Positions 9,874 through 20,069 of a DNA stretch of 64,000 nucleotides are shown here, one piece after another. The stretch is taken from the NCBI GenBank assembly GCA_965221775.1, contig CBDCSU010000005.1, positions 1,216,001 through 1,280,000 on the forward strand, in the 5' to 3' direction. Below the pieces are notes generated by a model. It had not been told where the DNA came from. It saw nothing but the letters and a program-made list of their open reading frames with translations, and searched no databases. Each line of letters starts with the position of its first letter. Positions within the stretch are counted from its first letter, which is position 1. Origin of the DNA: Candidatus Latescibacterota bacterium (GTDB lineage Bacteria > Latescibacterota > UBA2968 > UBA8231). The translations under genes and the position numbers were made by a program.

Positions 9874-12552
9874 ATGAGCCCGCCGATCCGCCCGCCGGCG
9901 ACGCCGGCCGAGATCGAGACCCGCGAGTGGCTCGACTCCCTGGAGTACGTCCTCGCCGCCTCCGGGCCCGAGCGCGTCGTCGAGCTGCTCGACCAGCTCC
10001 GTGACCGGGCCCGCCGCCGGGGCGTGACCCTGCCCCTGGCGACGAACACCCCCTACGTCAACACCATCCCCGCCGACCGCCAGCCCCCCTACCCCGGCGA
10101 CCACCGCCTGGAGCAGCGGCTGCGCGACATCCTGCGCTGGAACGCCGCCATCATGGTGGTGCGGGCCAACCACGAAGACCCGACGATCGGCGGCCACATC
10201 GCCACCTACGCCTCGGCGGCGACCCTGATGGAGGTCGCCTTCCACCACTTCCTGCGCGGGCGCACCGACGAGTTCGAGGGCGACCACGTGTTCTTCCAGG
10301 CCCACACCTCGCCCGGGATCTACGCCCGCGCCTTCCTGGAGGGCCGCCTGAGCGAGGAGCAGCTCGTCAACTTCCGCCACGAGCTGCGGCCCGGCGGCGG
10401 CCTGCCCTCCTACCCCCACCCGCGGCTGATGCCGGGGTTCTGGCCGTTCCCGTCGGCCTCGATGGGTCTGGCGCCGATCATGGCGATCTACCAGGCGCGC
10501 TACAACCGCTACCTCGAGGACCGCGGCCTCAAGGAGCCCGGCGGCGCCAAGGTCTGGGCCTTCCTCGGCGACGGCGAGATGGACGAGCCCGAGGCCCTGG
10601 GGGCGATCTCCCTGGCCGCGCGCGAGCGCCTCGACAACCTCGTCTTCGTCATCAACTGCAACCTCCAGCGCCTCGACGGCCCGGTGCGCGGCAACGCCAA
10701 GATCATCCAGGAGCTGGAGACCTTCTTCCGCGGCGCCGAGTGGAACGTCATCAAGGTGATCTGGGGCTCCGACTGGGACCCGCTGCTGGCGCGCGACCCG
10801 GACGGACTGCTGTCGCGCCGCATGGGCGAGCTGGTGGACGGCCAGTACCAGAAGTACTCCGTCTCCACCGGCGAGTACCAGCGGCAGCACTTCTTCGGCG
10901 GCGACCCGCGCCTGATGAGGCTGTCCGAGGGCCTGACGGACGAGCAGATCCGCACCATCCGGCGCGGCGGCCACGATGCCGAGAAGGTCCACGCCGCCTT
11001 CGCCGCCGCCACCGGGTTCCGCGGCGCCCCGTCGGTGGTGCTCGCCAAGACGATCAAGGGCTTCGGCATGGGCCGCGTCGGCGAGGGGGCGATGACGGCG
11101 CACCAGCTCAAGCGCCTCGACATGGAGGTGATGCGCGAGATGCGCACCCGCTTCGACATCCCCCTCTCCGACGAGGAGGTGGAGGAACTGCCCTTCTACC
11201 GGCCGCCCGAGGACAGCCCCGAGATCCACTATTTGCTGGAGCGGCGGCGGGCCCTGGGCGGGTTCGTGCCCGAGCGCTCCGAGGCCGCCGCCCCCTCCGA
11301 GCCCCCGGTGGAGGGCCTGTTCCAGGAGTTCCACCAGGGCAGCCGCGGCCGCCGCGCCTCGACGACCATGGTGCTGGTGCGCATCCTCGCCAAGCTGCTG
11401 CGCGACCCGGGGCTGGGGCGCCTCATCGTGCCCATGGTCCCCGACGAGGCCCGCACCTTCGGCATGGAGGCCCTCTTCCGGCAGTACGGCATCTACTCCC
11501 ACATCGGCCAGCTCTACGAGCCCGTCGACTCCGAGAGCCTCACCTACTACCGCGAGGCCCGGGACGGCCAGCTCATCGAGGAGGGCATCACCGAGGCCGG
11601 GGCGCTCTCCACCTTCATCGCCGCGGGCACGGCCTACTCCACCCACGGCGTGCCGACCCTGCCCTTCTTCCTGTTCTACTCGATCTTCGGCTTCCAGCGC
11701 GTGGGCGACCTGATCTGGGCCGCCGGCGACCAGCGCGCCCGGGGGTTCCTCATCGGCGCCACCTCGGGCCGCACCACCCTCAACGGCGAGGGCCTGCAGC
11801 ACCAGGACGGCCACAGCCACATCGCCGCCTACGGCTATCCCCACGTCATCGCCTACGACCCCGCCCTCGGCTACGAGGTCGCCGTCATCGTCGAGGAGGG
11901 GATCCGCCGCATGCAGCAGGAGGGCGAGCCCGTCATCTACTACCTGACGGTGACCAACGCCTCGTACGAGATGCCGCCCATGCCCGAGGGCGCCCGCGAG
12001 GGGATCCTCAAGGGGATGTACCGGCTGCGGCCGACGGCCCACCCGCGGCGGAAGAAGCGGGCCCACCTCTTCGGCTCGGGGGCGATCCTGATGGAGGTCC
12101 TGGAGGCGCAGCGGATGCTGGAGGAGGAGTACAACGTCGCCGCCGACGTGTGGAGCGTCACCAGCTTCAAGCAGCTCCACCAGGAGGGGGCCGACGCCGA
12201 GCGCTGGAACCTGCTGCACCCCGGCGAGGCCCCGCGGGCGCCGTACGTGCAGCAGTGCCTGGAGGGCGAGACCGGCGCCTTCGTGATCGCCAGCGACTAC
12301 GTGAAGTCCCTGCCCAACTCGGTGGCGAGGTGGTTCCCGCGGCCGCCGGTGGCCCTCGGCACCGACGGCTTCGGCCGTAGCGAGTCGAGGGCCGCCCTGC
12401 GCCGGTTCTTCGAGGTCGACGCGGCGATGATCGCCTACGCCGCCCTGGCCGACCTGGCGAGGCAGGGGCAGCTGGAGGACAAGGTGGTCCGCCGGGCCAG
12501 GGAGTCCCTGGAGATCGAGGACCGGGGGAACCCGGAGTTCGACGGGAACTGA
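9874..12552 (+). CDS. aceE: Pyruvate dehydrogenase E1 component, homodimeric type
   Basis: ETREWLDSL, GGHIATYAS, GDGEMDEPE (TPP motif), NLQRLDGPVRGN, EGLQHQDG, LGTDGFGRS. Confidence 0.95.
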   Translation: MSPPIRPPATPAEIETREWLDSLEYVLAASGPERVVELLDQLRDRARRRGVTLPLATNTPYVNTIPADRQPPYPGDHRLEQRLRDILRWNAAIMVVRANHEDPTIGGHIATYASAATLMEVAFHHFLRGRTDEFEGDHVFFQAHTSPGIYARAFLEGRLSEEQLVNFRHELRPGGGLPSYPHPRLMPGFWPFPSASMGLAPIMAIYQARYNRYLEDRGLKEPGGAKVWAFLGDGEMDEPEALGAISLAARERLDNLVFVINCNLQRLDGPVRGNAKIIQELETFFRGAEWNVIKVIWGSDWDPLLARDPDGLLSRRMGELVDGQYQKYSVSTGEYQRQHFFGGDPRLMRLSEGLTDEQIRTIRRGGHDAEKVHAAFAAATGFRGAPSVVLAKTIKGFGMGRVGEGAMTAHQLKRLDMEVMREMRTRFDIPLSDEEVEELPFYRPPEDSPEIHYLLERRRALGGFVPERSEAAAPSEPPVEGLFQEFHQGSRGRRASTTMVLVRILAKLLRDPGLGRLIVPMVPDEARTFGMEALFRQYGIYSHIGQLYEPVDSESLTYYREARDGQLIEEGITEAGALSTFIAAGTAYSTHGVPTLPFFLFYSIFGFQRVGDLIWAAGDQRARGFLIGATSGRTTLNGEGLQHQDGHSHIAAYGYPHVIAYDPALGYEVAVIVEEGIRRMQQEGEPVIYYLTVTNASYEMPPMPEGAREGILKGMYRLRPTAHPRRKKRAHLFGSGAILMEVLEAQRMLEEEYNVAADVWSVTSFKQLHQEGADAERWNLLHPGEAPRAPYVQQCLEGETGAFVIASDYVKSLPNSVARWFPRPPVALGTDGFGRSESRAALRRFFEVDAAMIAYAALADLARQGQLEDKVVRRARESLEIEDRGNPEFDGN

Positions 12553-13106
12553 TGATGGAATCCCCCGCTCCGGAGGCGGTCCAGGCCGGACCCCTGCCCC
12601 TGGAGCATCCCTTCGTCAAGGCCGTGAGCCGCCTCGACCTCGAAGGCGTCGCCGAGATGCTGACCGCCGCTCCCGGCCTCGTCGACGCGGACCTGCACGG
12701 CCGGGCGTGGATCGGCGGCCCGAGGCGGACAGCCTCCGGGTGGGAGCGGGCCCCGGAACAGACCAGCCGTGCCGTGCACCTGGCCGCCTACGGCCACGCC
12801 GGCCTGTTGCGGCTGCTCATCGAACATGGCGCCGACCCCGACCGCCTGGGGAAGAGCCGCGGCGGCACCACGACCCTGCAGTCCCTCGTCGCCCCCGACG
12901 GCGTCGAGGCGCGGGAACTGGCCCGCAACGGGGAGCACATCCTGGCCATGGAGCTGCTCCTCGAACACGGCGCCGGCGTCAACACCCTGTCGGCGGAGGG
13001 CATGACCGCCCTCGACTACGCCGAGGAGATCGACTCCGGGCCGGTGGCGGACTTCCTGCGGCAGCGGGGCGGGAGAAGGGCCAGGGAACCATGGACAACA
13101 AGCTGA
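12552..13106 (+). CDS. Ankyrin-repeat protein (short)
   Basis: AVHLAAYGH..LLRLLIEHGADP, LLLEHGAGVN...GMTALDYA; TGATG overlap with the aceE stop. Confidence 0.8.
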   Translation: MMESPAPEAVQAGPLPLEHPFVKAVSRLDLEGVAEMLTAAPGLVDADLHGRAWIGGPRRTASGWERAPEQTSRAVHLAAYGHAGLLRLLIEHGADPDRLGKSRGGTTTLQSLVAPDGVEARELARNGEHILAMELLLEHGAGVNTLSAEGMTALDYAEEIDSGPVADFLRQRGGRRAREPWTTS

Positions 13107-14236
13107 CCCGGGCCTTCGAGAGCCGGGAGGGACGGAAGCTCACGGACCGCGAGCTGCGGTTCCTGCACGCCGCGGGGCACGGCGCGGACTCGCGGGGCCG
13201 GGGCGCAACCAGCGACGTCGGCCGAATGCGCGCGCTGCTCGGCGAACAACCGTCCCTGCTCGACACGGTCGGCCCCGTCGCCCTCAGCCAGGCCGTCGGC
13301 TGCAACAGCTACGACGCGGTCCGGCTCCTCCTCGACCGCGGGGTCCGGGAGCTGTACGACGCTCAGACGGGGAGGCCGCGAGAGGAGCAGCACGAGCCGA
13401 TCACCCACGCCTTCTACGTGGGCATGGGGGAGAACGCGGAGCTGGACGCGGAGCTGGTGACGCGGGCCGGGCGGTTCCGGATCCTGCGGACCTTGTTCGA
13501 CGCGGGCATCGCCGACGCCTCGGTCATCTCCACCTCCCATGTCGGTTGGCCCGGCAACACCTCGTTGCTCTTCTGGGCCGTCTACCGGCGGCTGGAGTTC
13601 TCGGAGTTCGCCCTCGAGCACGGCGCCGATCCCGAGGCGCCGATCTCCGGGAACGGGGAGCGGGGCACGACGGTGCTGCAGCACGCGGTGGCGCCGCCCT
13701 TCGACGGTGCGAGCGCGCCATGGGACAGCCTCGAGAGATGGAAGCGGGGGCTGAGGTTCGCCGAGTTCCTGCTCTCCCGCGGCGCCTTCTACGACATCTT
13801 CTCCGCCTGCGGGCGCGAGGATCTCGACCGCGTCCGCGCCCTCACCGCCGGCGACCCCGGCGCGGTCACCCGCCCGGGAGAGGCCGACATGACGCCCCTG
13901 CACTGGGCGGCACGGGCCGGCGCCGGCAAGTGCACGCGGTGGCTGCTGGCCCGGGGCGCGGATGTGAACGCCGAGACGGTCTCGCGGCGCACGGCCCTGC
14001 ACTTGGCCGCGGAATGGGGACTCACCGACGTGATCTGGCTGCTGGCCGGGCACGGGGCGGACCTGAACCCGCAGGACACGAAGGGCCGGACGCCTCTCCA
14101 CCGGGCCGCCTACCTGGGCCAGGTCGAAGCGGCGGAGGCCCTCATCGTGCTCGGCGCCGACACGCATCTGGAGACGCGCACGGGCAAGACGGCGCTTCAG
14201 TCCGCGCGTCTCGACTGCAAGTTCCTGAAGAGCTGA
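13091..14236 (+). CDS. Ankyrin-repeat protein
   Basis: TPLHWAA, TALHLAAEWG, GRTPLHRAA; start MDNKLT at 13091. Confidence 0.9.
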   Translation: MDNKLTRAFESREGRKLTDRELRFLHAAGHGADSRGRGATSDVGRMRALLGEQPSLLDTVGPVALSQAVGCNSYDAVRLLLDRGVRELYDAQTGRPREEQHEPITHAFYVGMGENAELDAELVTRAGRFRILRTLFDAGIADASVISTSHVGWPGNTSLLFWAVYRRLEFSEFALEHGADPEAPISGNGERGTTVLQHAVAPPFDGASAPWDSLERWKRGLRFAEFLLSRGAFYDIFSACGREDLDRVRALTAGDPGAVTRPGEADMTPLHWAARAGAGKCTRWLLARGADVNAETVSRRTALHLAAEWGLTDVIWLLAGHGADLNPQDTKGRTPLHRAAYLGQVEAAEALIVLGADTHLETRTGKTALQSARLDCKFLKS

Positions 14237-14240
14237 CAGC

Positions 14241-15362
14241 GTGGCTACGGACGACTCCTACCTGCTGGCCAAGATGGAGGGCGCCTTCCACCTGCGGGAA
14301 GGCCGCGGCATGACCGACCGCGAGCGGCGGTTCGCCATCGCCTCCGCCCACGACGCCGCCGACGAGTGCCACGCCACCTGCGACGTCTCCCGCATGCGGT
14401 CCCTTCTCCGGGAGCAGCCATCGCTCCTCGACACGGTCGGCTCCCTCGCCCTGTCCATGGCCACCACCTACCACGGCACCCACGACGCCGTCGTCTTCCT
14501 CCTCGACCGCGGCGTGCGCACCCTCTACGACTGCGAGACCGGGTTGGCCGGCAAGGGGAATCACGAGGCGGTCTCGGGGGCCTTCTACTGCGGCAACTTC
14601 CGGACCCTGCGGACCCTCTTCGAGGCCGGCGTCACCGATGCCTCCTTCGCCAACATGCCGTGGATCTCCTGGCCCCACAAGACGACCCTGCTGCGGATGT
14701 CGATCTACCGGCCCCTGGAGTACGCGCGGTTCGCCCTGGAGCACGGGGTCGACCCCGACGAGGAGCTCCCCTTCGAGGAGGAGAGCGGCCGCACGGCGCT
14801 GCAGAACGCGGTGGCGCCTCCCGTGGGCGGGGCGGGCCTGCCCTGGCACAACCCGGAGCGGTGGGCGCAGGGAATGCGCTTCGCGGAGTTCCTGCTCTCG
14901 GAAGGGGCGTACTACGATGTCTTCTCCGCGTGCGGCCGCGGCGACCTCGACCGGTTGCGGACCCTGACGGCCGAGGACCGGGGGGTGATCGAGACCCGGG
15001 GCGCCGCCGACCTGACCCCCCTGCACTGGGCGGTGCGCGGCCGGTCCCTCGATTGCGCGCGCTGGCTGCTGGACCGTGGCGCCGACGCGAACGCCGAGTC
15101 GCTCTCGGGCCGCACGGCGCTGCACATCGCCGCCGAGTGGGGACTCGACGACATGGTCTGGCTCCTCGCCGGGTACGGCGCCGACCTGAACCCGCGGGAC
15201 ACGAAGGGGCGGACCCCCCTCCACCGCGCCACCTACCTGGGGGAGGTCGAGGCGGCGGAGGCGCTCATCGTCCTGGGAGCCGGCACGCGGCTCCGGACCC
15301 GCGCCGGCAAGACGGCCATCGAGCTGGCGCGGCTCGGCTGCAAGTACCTCAGGCAGGGATAG
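14241..15362 (+). CDS. Ankyrin-repeat protein (paralog of 13091-14236)
   Basis: TPLHWAV, TALHIAAEWG, GRTPLHRA; shares N-terminal motifs with its neighbours. Confidence 0.9.
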   Translation: MATDDSYLLAKMEGAFHLREGRGMTDRERRFAIASAHDAADECHATCDVSRMRSLLREQPSLLDTVGSLALSMATTYHGTHDAVVFLLDRGVRTLYDCETGLAGKGNHEAVSGAFYCGNFRTLRTLFEAGVTDASFANMPWISWPHKTTLLRMSIYRPLEYARFALEHGVDPDEELPFEEESGRTALQNAVAPPVGGAGLPWHNPERWAQGMRFAEFLLSEGAYYDVFSACGRGDLDRLRTLTAEDRGVIETRGAADLTPLHWAVRGRSLDCARWLLDRGADANAESLSGRTALHIAAEWGLDDMVWLLAGYGADLNPRDTKGRTPLHRATYLGEVEAAEALIVLGAGTRLRTRAGKTAIELARLGCKYLRQG

Positions 15363-15373
15363 GAGAGGATCGC

Positions 15374-16447
15374 ATGGACGACGGGGAGACCGCCGCCTTC
15401 TGGCGGCAAGCCTGGATGTCGGAGCACGAACGCCCGCTGACACCGGCTGAGGAGGAGTTCGTGGACGCCTCCGTCCGCCACACCTCTGACCGCTGGAGCG
15501 GCGAGTGCGACGTGGAGCGCATGGCGGCCCTCGTGGAGCGCCATCCCTCGCTGCTGGAGACGATCGGCCCCGCGGTGCTCAACATCGCCGCGTACCGGGG
15601 CGGCTGCGCGCCGGCCCTGGAGTTTCTGCTCGACCGGGGGCTGGTGTTCTCGGTGGCCGAGCACCGGGCCAGGGGCGGCAAGGAGTCCGAGTACGACATC
15701 GTCCACGAGGCCGCCTGGGCCGTCTCCACCGACAACCTGCGCATCCTACTCGAGCGCGGCATGGCCGACGCCAGGAGCACCTCGAACCCGCACACCGGCT
15801 GGCCCGACAACGTCTCCCTCCTCTACTGGGCGGCCATCCAGCGGGACGGCGAGGCCCTCACCCGGCTGCTGCTGGAGCACGGCGCCGACCCCGAGGTGAA
15901 GTTCAAGGGCAACGGCGAGCGCGGGTGCACAGCCCTGCAGGAAGCCTGCGTGCACGGCAGGAGCAACCGCGACGGAATCGTCCAGGCCCTGATCGACCAC
16001 GGCGCCCACTACGACCCGTTCTCCGCCAGCGCCCGGGACGACCTCGACCGCCTGCGCCAGTGCGCGCGCGAAGAGCCCGGCGTGGCGCGGTCCCTGGGAG
16101 AGGCGGACATGACCCCCCTCCACTGGGCCGCCCGCGCCGGCGCGCTGCGCTGCGCCCGATGGCTGCTGAACCACGGAGCGGACGTCGACGCGCAGACCGT
16201 GGCGGGGCGGACCCCCCTGCACATGGCCGGCGCCGAGATGCTGTGGCTGCTGGCCGGGAAGGGCGCGGACCTGAACGCCCGGGACAAGAAGGGCCGCACG
16301 CCGCTGCACCAGGCGATGTACGGGGGCGATCTCGAGGAGGCGGAGATCCTGATCGTCCTCGGCGCCGACGTGCGCGTCCCCAACCGGCGGGGGAAGACGC
16401 CCTTGCAGGTGGCGCGCAAGGACTGTTTGTTCTTCAAGCGGGGATGA
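15374..16447 (+). CDS. Ankyrin-repeat protein (paralog)
   Basis: AGGAGAGG RBS, ATG 15374; MTPLHWAARAG, GRTPLH repeats. Confidence 0.9.
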   Translation: MDDGETAAFWRQAWMSEHERPLTPAEEEFVDASVRHTSDRWSGECDVERMAALVERHPSLLETIGPAVLNIAAYRGGCAPALEFLLDRGLVFSVAEHRARGGKESEYDIVHEAAWAVSTDNLRILLERGMADARSTSNPHTGWPDNVSLLYWAAIQRDGEALTRLLLEHGADPEVKFKGNGERGCTALQEACVHGRSNRDGIVQALIDHGAHYDPFSASARDDLDRLRQCAREEPGVARSLGEADMTPLHWAARAGALRCARWLLNHGADVDAQTVAGRTPLHMAGAEMLWLLAGKGADLNARDKKGRTPLHQAMYGGDLEEAEILIVLGADVRVPNRRGKTPLQVARKDCLFFKRG

Positions 16448-16650
16448 GGAACAGCACCTGACAAGCACGTGAAGCATCTCATCGCGTGGACGAGGGCCAG
16501 TCTGACCTCGACATCAGTTCCCCCAGCCGCAAGGAAACCTCTCCCTACTGGCCAACAGAAGCGTGATCTCAAGGCTCCCCTTTAGGGCTACTGATAGAGT
16601 TGCCGGTTTGACTATGGAACCCGACTTCAATGACAAATGAGGAGTCCAAA

Positions 16651-17316
16651 ATGAGAAGCAAGGATCGTAGATTACTGCTGATGATTGCCGTTCTGATGAC
16701 AGTAGGCTGCAAGATGCACATAGTACCGGAGCTGTATTTGACAGACCTACGAGACGTAGCCGTGAACAAGACGCAGAACGTGACGGTTCTAGCTACTCTG
16801 TCAATTGAAATCCCTTCATCGAGTGAGTGTGCAAAATACACCCGACAAGTCACTCAGAAGATAGGAGCGAACTTTGTGGGTTTTACCACTAAGGGATGTG
16901 AAGACCAAGGGATGGATTCGTACCTTCTCGCCAATGCCTCTCTGCCCCTAGTTCATTCTGTGGAAGAGTGGAATCGGGTGAAACACCGTTCGTTATTTGG
17001 GATTGTGTCCTATGCGGATGAGGATGGGGATAGAGTGGGCGTGCATATTATGTTGGATCTAGTGGCGTACGAAGACCTGAGTGATGACGTAAACATTGAA
17101 AAGTCCGAATTCGGATTCATAGTAATGAATGATGGTAGAGAGGCGGACGAATTCCATGTGTCTGGCTCATTCGTAAATGGCGTTGCAGTGCCATACACGA
17201 GGGAATTCTCAGTGGAACGTAGAGGAAGATTGGACGTAACAATCAGTAATGTGAAACTCTCTTACCTGGCCAAGAACGGAACCACAATGCTGATGGCGTT
17301 GCCAGGAATCCAGTAG
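16651..17316 (+). CDS. Low-GC hypothetical lipoprotein
   Basis: GAGGAG RBS, ATG 16651; basic N-terminus, hydrophobic stretch and lipobox-like TVGC; much more AT-rich than the flanks. Confidence 0.75.
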   Translation: MRSKDRRLLLMIAVLMTVGCKMHIVPELYLTDLRDVAVNKTQNVTVLATLSIEIPSSSECAKYTRQVTQKIGANFVGFTTKGCEDQGMDSYLLANASLPLVHSVEEWNRVKHRSLFGIVSYADEDGDRVGVHIMLDLVAYEDLSDDVNIEKSEFGFIVMNDGREADEFHVSGSFVNGVAVPYTREFSVERRGRLDVTISNVKLSYLAKNGTTMLMALPGIQ

Positions 17317-17410
17317 AGCAGCGAGGAGCCAGGATCCGCCGACTTCGGATCCCTGCTCACCCGGCCCCTCCACCCGCGACTCGGACAGGCCCGGCAAGAT
17401 CCGCTTCCCA

Positions 17411-19504
17411 ATGAGGACGCCACCCCTCCAGTCCGCCCTCGAAGCCGTGGAAGCCGGCGACCCCCAGGCCCTCCGCCCCCTGCTGGAGGCCCACCCCTCC
17501 CTCGTGAACACCCCCCTGCCGCACGACGGCCGCACCAGGCGACCCATGCCGACGCTGCTGCACCGGGCCGTCCTCGCCTGGTGCGAAGGGGAGCCGGAGG
17601 TGCCCCAGCTGCTGATCGATCACGGCGCCGACGTAAACAGCACGGCGGGCGGGGCCCTGGCGCCCCTGGAGATGGCGGCGGCGTCCCTGCACCCGGGGAT
17701 CGCCGAGCTGCTGATCGGCAACGGCGCCGACGTGGAGCTGCACGTGGAGGTGCCGCCGGTGGAGGTGGCCGTCCTCTACCAGAGAAGGCAGATCTTCAAG
17801 TTCCTGATCGCGGCGGGCGCGAGGTACGACATCTCCCATACGCTGCGCCTGGGCATGATGGCGGAGACGCGGGCCCTGCTCGCCGCCGATCCGTCTCTCG
17901 CCAACACCGAGACCGACCACGGGCTGCCGCTGAACCTGGCGGTGGGCAAGCCGGGGATCTTCAAGCTGCTGCTGCGCCACGGGGCGGACATCCACGCCCA
18001 GGACTCCCTCGGCCTGACGGCCCTGAAGGCGGCGCGGACCCCGGAGAGCGACAAGGAGGTGCGGGCCCTGCTGGAGATGGGGGTCGAGGACGACATCTAC
18101 GGGGCCCTGGCGGCCGCCGACGAGGCCCGGGTCGAGGCGATCCTGAAGGCCGACCCGGCGCAGGCGCACCCGGTGCGCTGCTGGCCGCAACGGGGGCCGG
18201 TCCCGCCCGTCATCTGGGCGGTCTGGTCGGGGTCGACGCGGATCCTCGAGCTGGTCCTGGAGCAGGACGTGCCTCTCGACATCCGGCCGAACCCGCTCAG
18301 CACCGCCATCGGGTACGACTACGACGAGATGGTGCGCATGCTGCTGGACAAGGGGGCCTCGCCCGAGTGCCCGGACCCCTCCGACTGGCCGGGGGCCTCC
18401 AGGCTGCGGCCGTACCGTTTCGTCTTTCCGTCGGATCCTCCCCGGCCCCACGTGCCGCTCTACACGGCCCTGCGCAGGGGAACCATCGCCGCCGTGGAGA
18501 TGCTGGTCGACGCCGGGGCGGACCCGAACTGCACCCTGACGGACTGGGCCGGCCTGCAATGGCCGGCGCTGGCGGGCAATCTGCAGCAGGTGAAGCTGCT
18601 GCTGGACCGGGGCGGCGACCCGGCGGGCCCCTGCGCCGAGAGCGCCCTCCACTGGGCGGTGCAGCTGTGCCGGCGGCCGATGATCGAGCTGCTCGTCACC
18701 CACGGCGTCGACATCGACACCGTCGACGCGGACGGCCGCGGCCTGCTCGACATGGTGGGCAAGTCCGACTGGCGACCGCGCCGCCCGGAGCGGGTCCTGA
18801 CCACCGCCTTGCTGGAGGAGCTGATCGGGCTCGTCCACGGGGCCGCCCCGGAGGCTCGCATCCTGCGTCTGCGGGGCGACCTCATGGACGCGGTCATCGA
18901 GGGCCGGACCGGCGACCTGCGCGCCGTGCAGGCGGAGGCGCCCGAGCTCTTCGAGCGGGAGCTGGTGCGGGACGAGCTGTTTCACTGGGCCGCCAGCCGG
19001 GGTCACGGCCGCGTGGTCGATCTGCTGGTGGAACTGGGCGCGCCCATGACGATCAGCGTCGCCGCGGCCCTCGGGCGGGTGGAGCTCGTCGACGCCATGT
19101 TGGCGGACAAGCCGTCGCTGGTGGAGGGGCGCCTGTCGCCCGAGGAGGTCGACTGGAACAAGCACCTGCCGTGGCACCAGTACTCGCCCCTCATCGTCGC
19201 CGCCATGAAGGACCGGGCGGAGGTGGCGGCGCTGCTGCTGGACCGCGGCGCCGGGATCGACCGCCAGGTCGGCTGGTACCAGACCACGGCCCTGCACCAC
19301 GCCGTGGACAGCGAGTCCACGGGAACCGTCAGGCTGCTGTTGGACCGGGGCGCGGACGTCGCTATCCGCAGCCGCAACCACCACCTGCCGACGGCCCTGG
19401 TGAAGAACGCGCCGTTCACGGTCTCGCGCCGCGAGATCCGCGACCTGCTCGTCGCCCACGGGGCCAACCCCGAGGAACAGCTCCCTCACACGGCAGGTGA
19501 ATGA
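17411..19504 (+). CDS. Large ankyrin-repeat protein
   Basis: Repeated LL..GADV/I and PL..A motifs, TTALHHAV; 697 aa. Confidence 0.9.
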   Translation: MRTPPLQSALEAVEAGDPQALRPLLEAHPSLVNTPLPHDGRTRRPMPTLLHRAVLAWCEGEPEVPQLLIDHGADVNSTAGGALAPLEMAAASLHPGIAELLIGNGADVELHVEVPPVEVAVLYQRRQIFKFLIAAGARYDISHTLRLGMMAETRALLAADPSLANTETDHGLPLNLAVGKPGIFKLLLRHGADIHAQDSLGLTALKAARTPESDKEVRALLEMGVEDDIYGALAAADEARVEAILKADPAQAHPVRCWPQRGPVPPVIWAVWSGSTRILELVLEQDVPLDIRPNPLSTAIGYDYDEMVRMLLDKGASPECPDPSDWPGASRLRPYRFVFPSDPPRPHVPLYTALRRGTIAAVEMLVDAGADPNCTLTDWAGLQWPALAGNLQQVKLLLDRGGDPAGPCAESALHWAVQLCRRPMIELLVTHGVDIDTVDADGRGLLDMVGKSDWRPRRPERVLTTALLEELIGLVHGAAPEARILRLRGDLMDAVIEGRTGDLRAVQAEAPELFERELVRDELFHWAASRGHGRVVDLLVELGAPMTISVAAALGRVELVDAMLADKPSLVEGRLSPEEVDWNKHLPWHQYSPLIVAAMKDRAEVAALLLDRGAGIDRQVGWYQTTALHHAVDSESTGTVRLLLDRGADVAIRSRNHHLPTALVKNAPFTVSRREIRDLLVAHGANPEEQLPHTAGE

Positions 19505-19649
19505 GCAGGATGAGCAACCCACCCCTCCAGGCCGCCGTCGCCGCGGTGGACGCCGGCTACGCCGAGGCCCTGCGTCGGCGATGTGGTTCCTTCAGCAGGG
19601 GGAGGTTGCTCGTGTTCCCCGTTCGTGGTATGAAGAAGGAGGGGTGGGT

Positions 19650-19907
19650 ATGGCCAAGACCGAAATGATCCGTGCCCGGGTTGAACCGGAGCTGAAGTTC
19701 CAGGCCGAGGCGGTTTTCTCGGAGCTGGGGATGTCCGCAACGGAGGCGATCACCCTGTTCTATACACAGGTCACCCTGCATCGGGGGTTGCCCTTCGCGG
19801 TGCGGGTTCCCAATGCCGAGACCATCGAAGCGCTACGCCAGGCCCGTGCGGGCGAGGGGCTCACCGAGTACGCCGACGTGGAGGCCCTCAAAGCCGAGCA
19901 TGGTTGA
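19650..19907 (+). CDS. RelB/DinJ-family antitoxin
   Basis: IRARVEPELK..AE.VF..LGMS.TEAI.LFY.Q.....GLPF....PNAETIEAL; GGAGG RBS. Confidence 0.9.
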   Translation: MAKTEMIRARVEPELKFQAEAVFSELGMSATEAITLFYTQVTLHRGLPFAVRVPNAETIEALRQARAGEGLTEYADVEALKAEHG

Positions 19908-19910
19908 CCC

Positions 19911-20069
19911 GTGCGCCTCGATCCACGGCATCGGCCACATCGTCTATCGGGCGATTGGTCTGCCTGCTGGGAGTGCCACCTCGAACCCGCCTGGCTGTTG
20001 ATCTGGGACCAGAGGGATGACATCCTCGTCCTGGTGCGAACCGGAACACACGCCGATCTGTTCGGGTAG
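19911..20069 (+). pseudogene. YafQ-family toxin, N-terminally deleted remnant
   Basis: Translates as VRLDPRHRPHRLSGDWSACWECHLEPAWLLIW...LVRTGTHADLFG*, the C-terminal half of YafQ; only 52 aa. Confidence 0.8.

Noticed and set aside
9640-12219. 859-aa antisense ORF and many similar overlapping ORFs across the window
   Set aside because: Shadow or alternative frames of well-supported genes; Arg/Pro/Gly-rich with no recognisable motifs.
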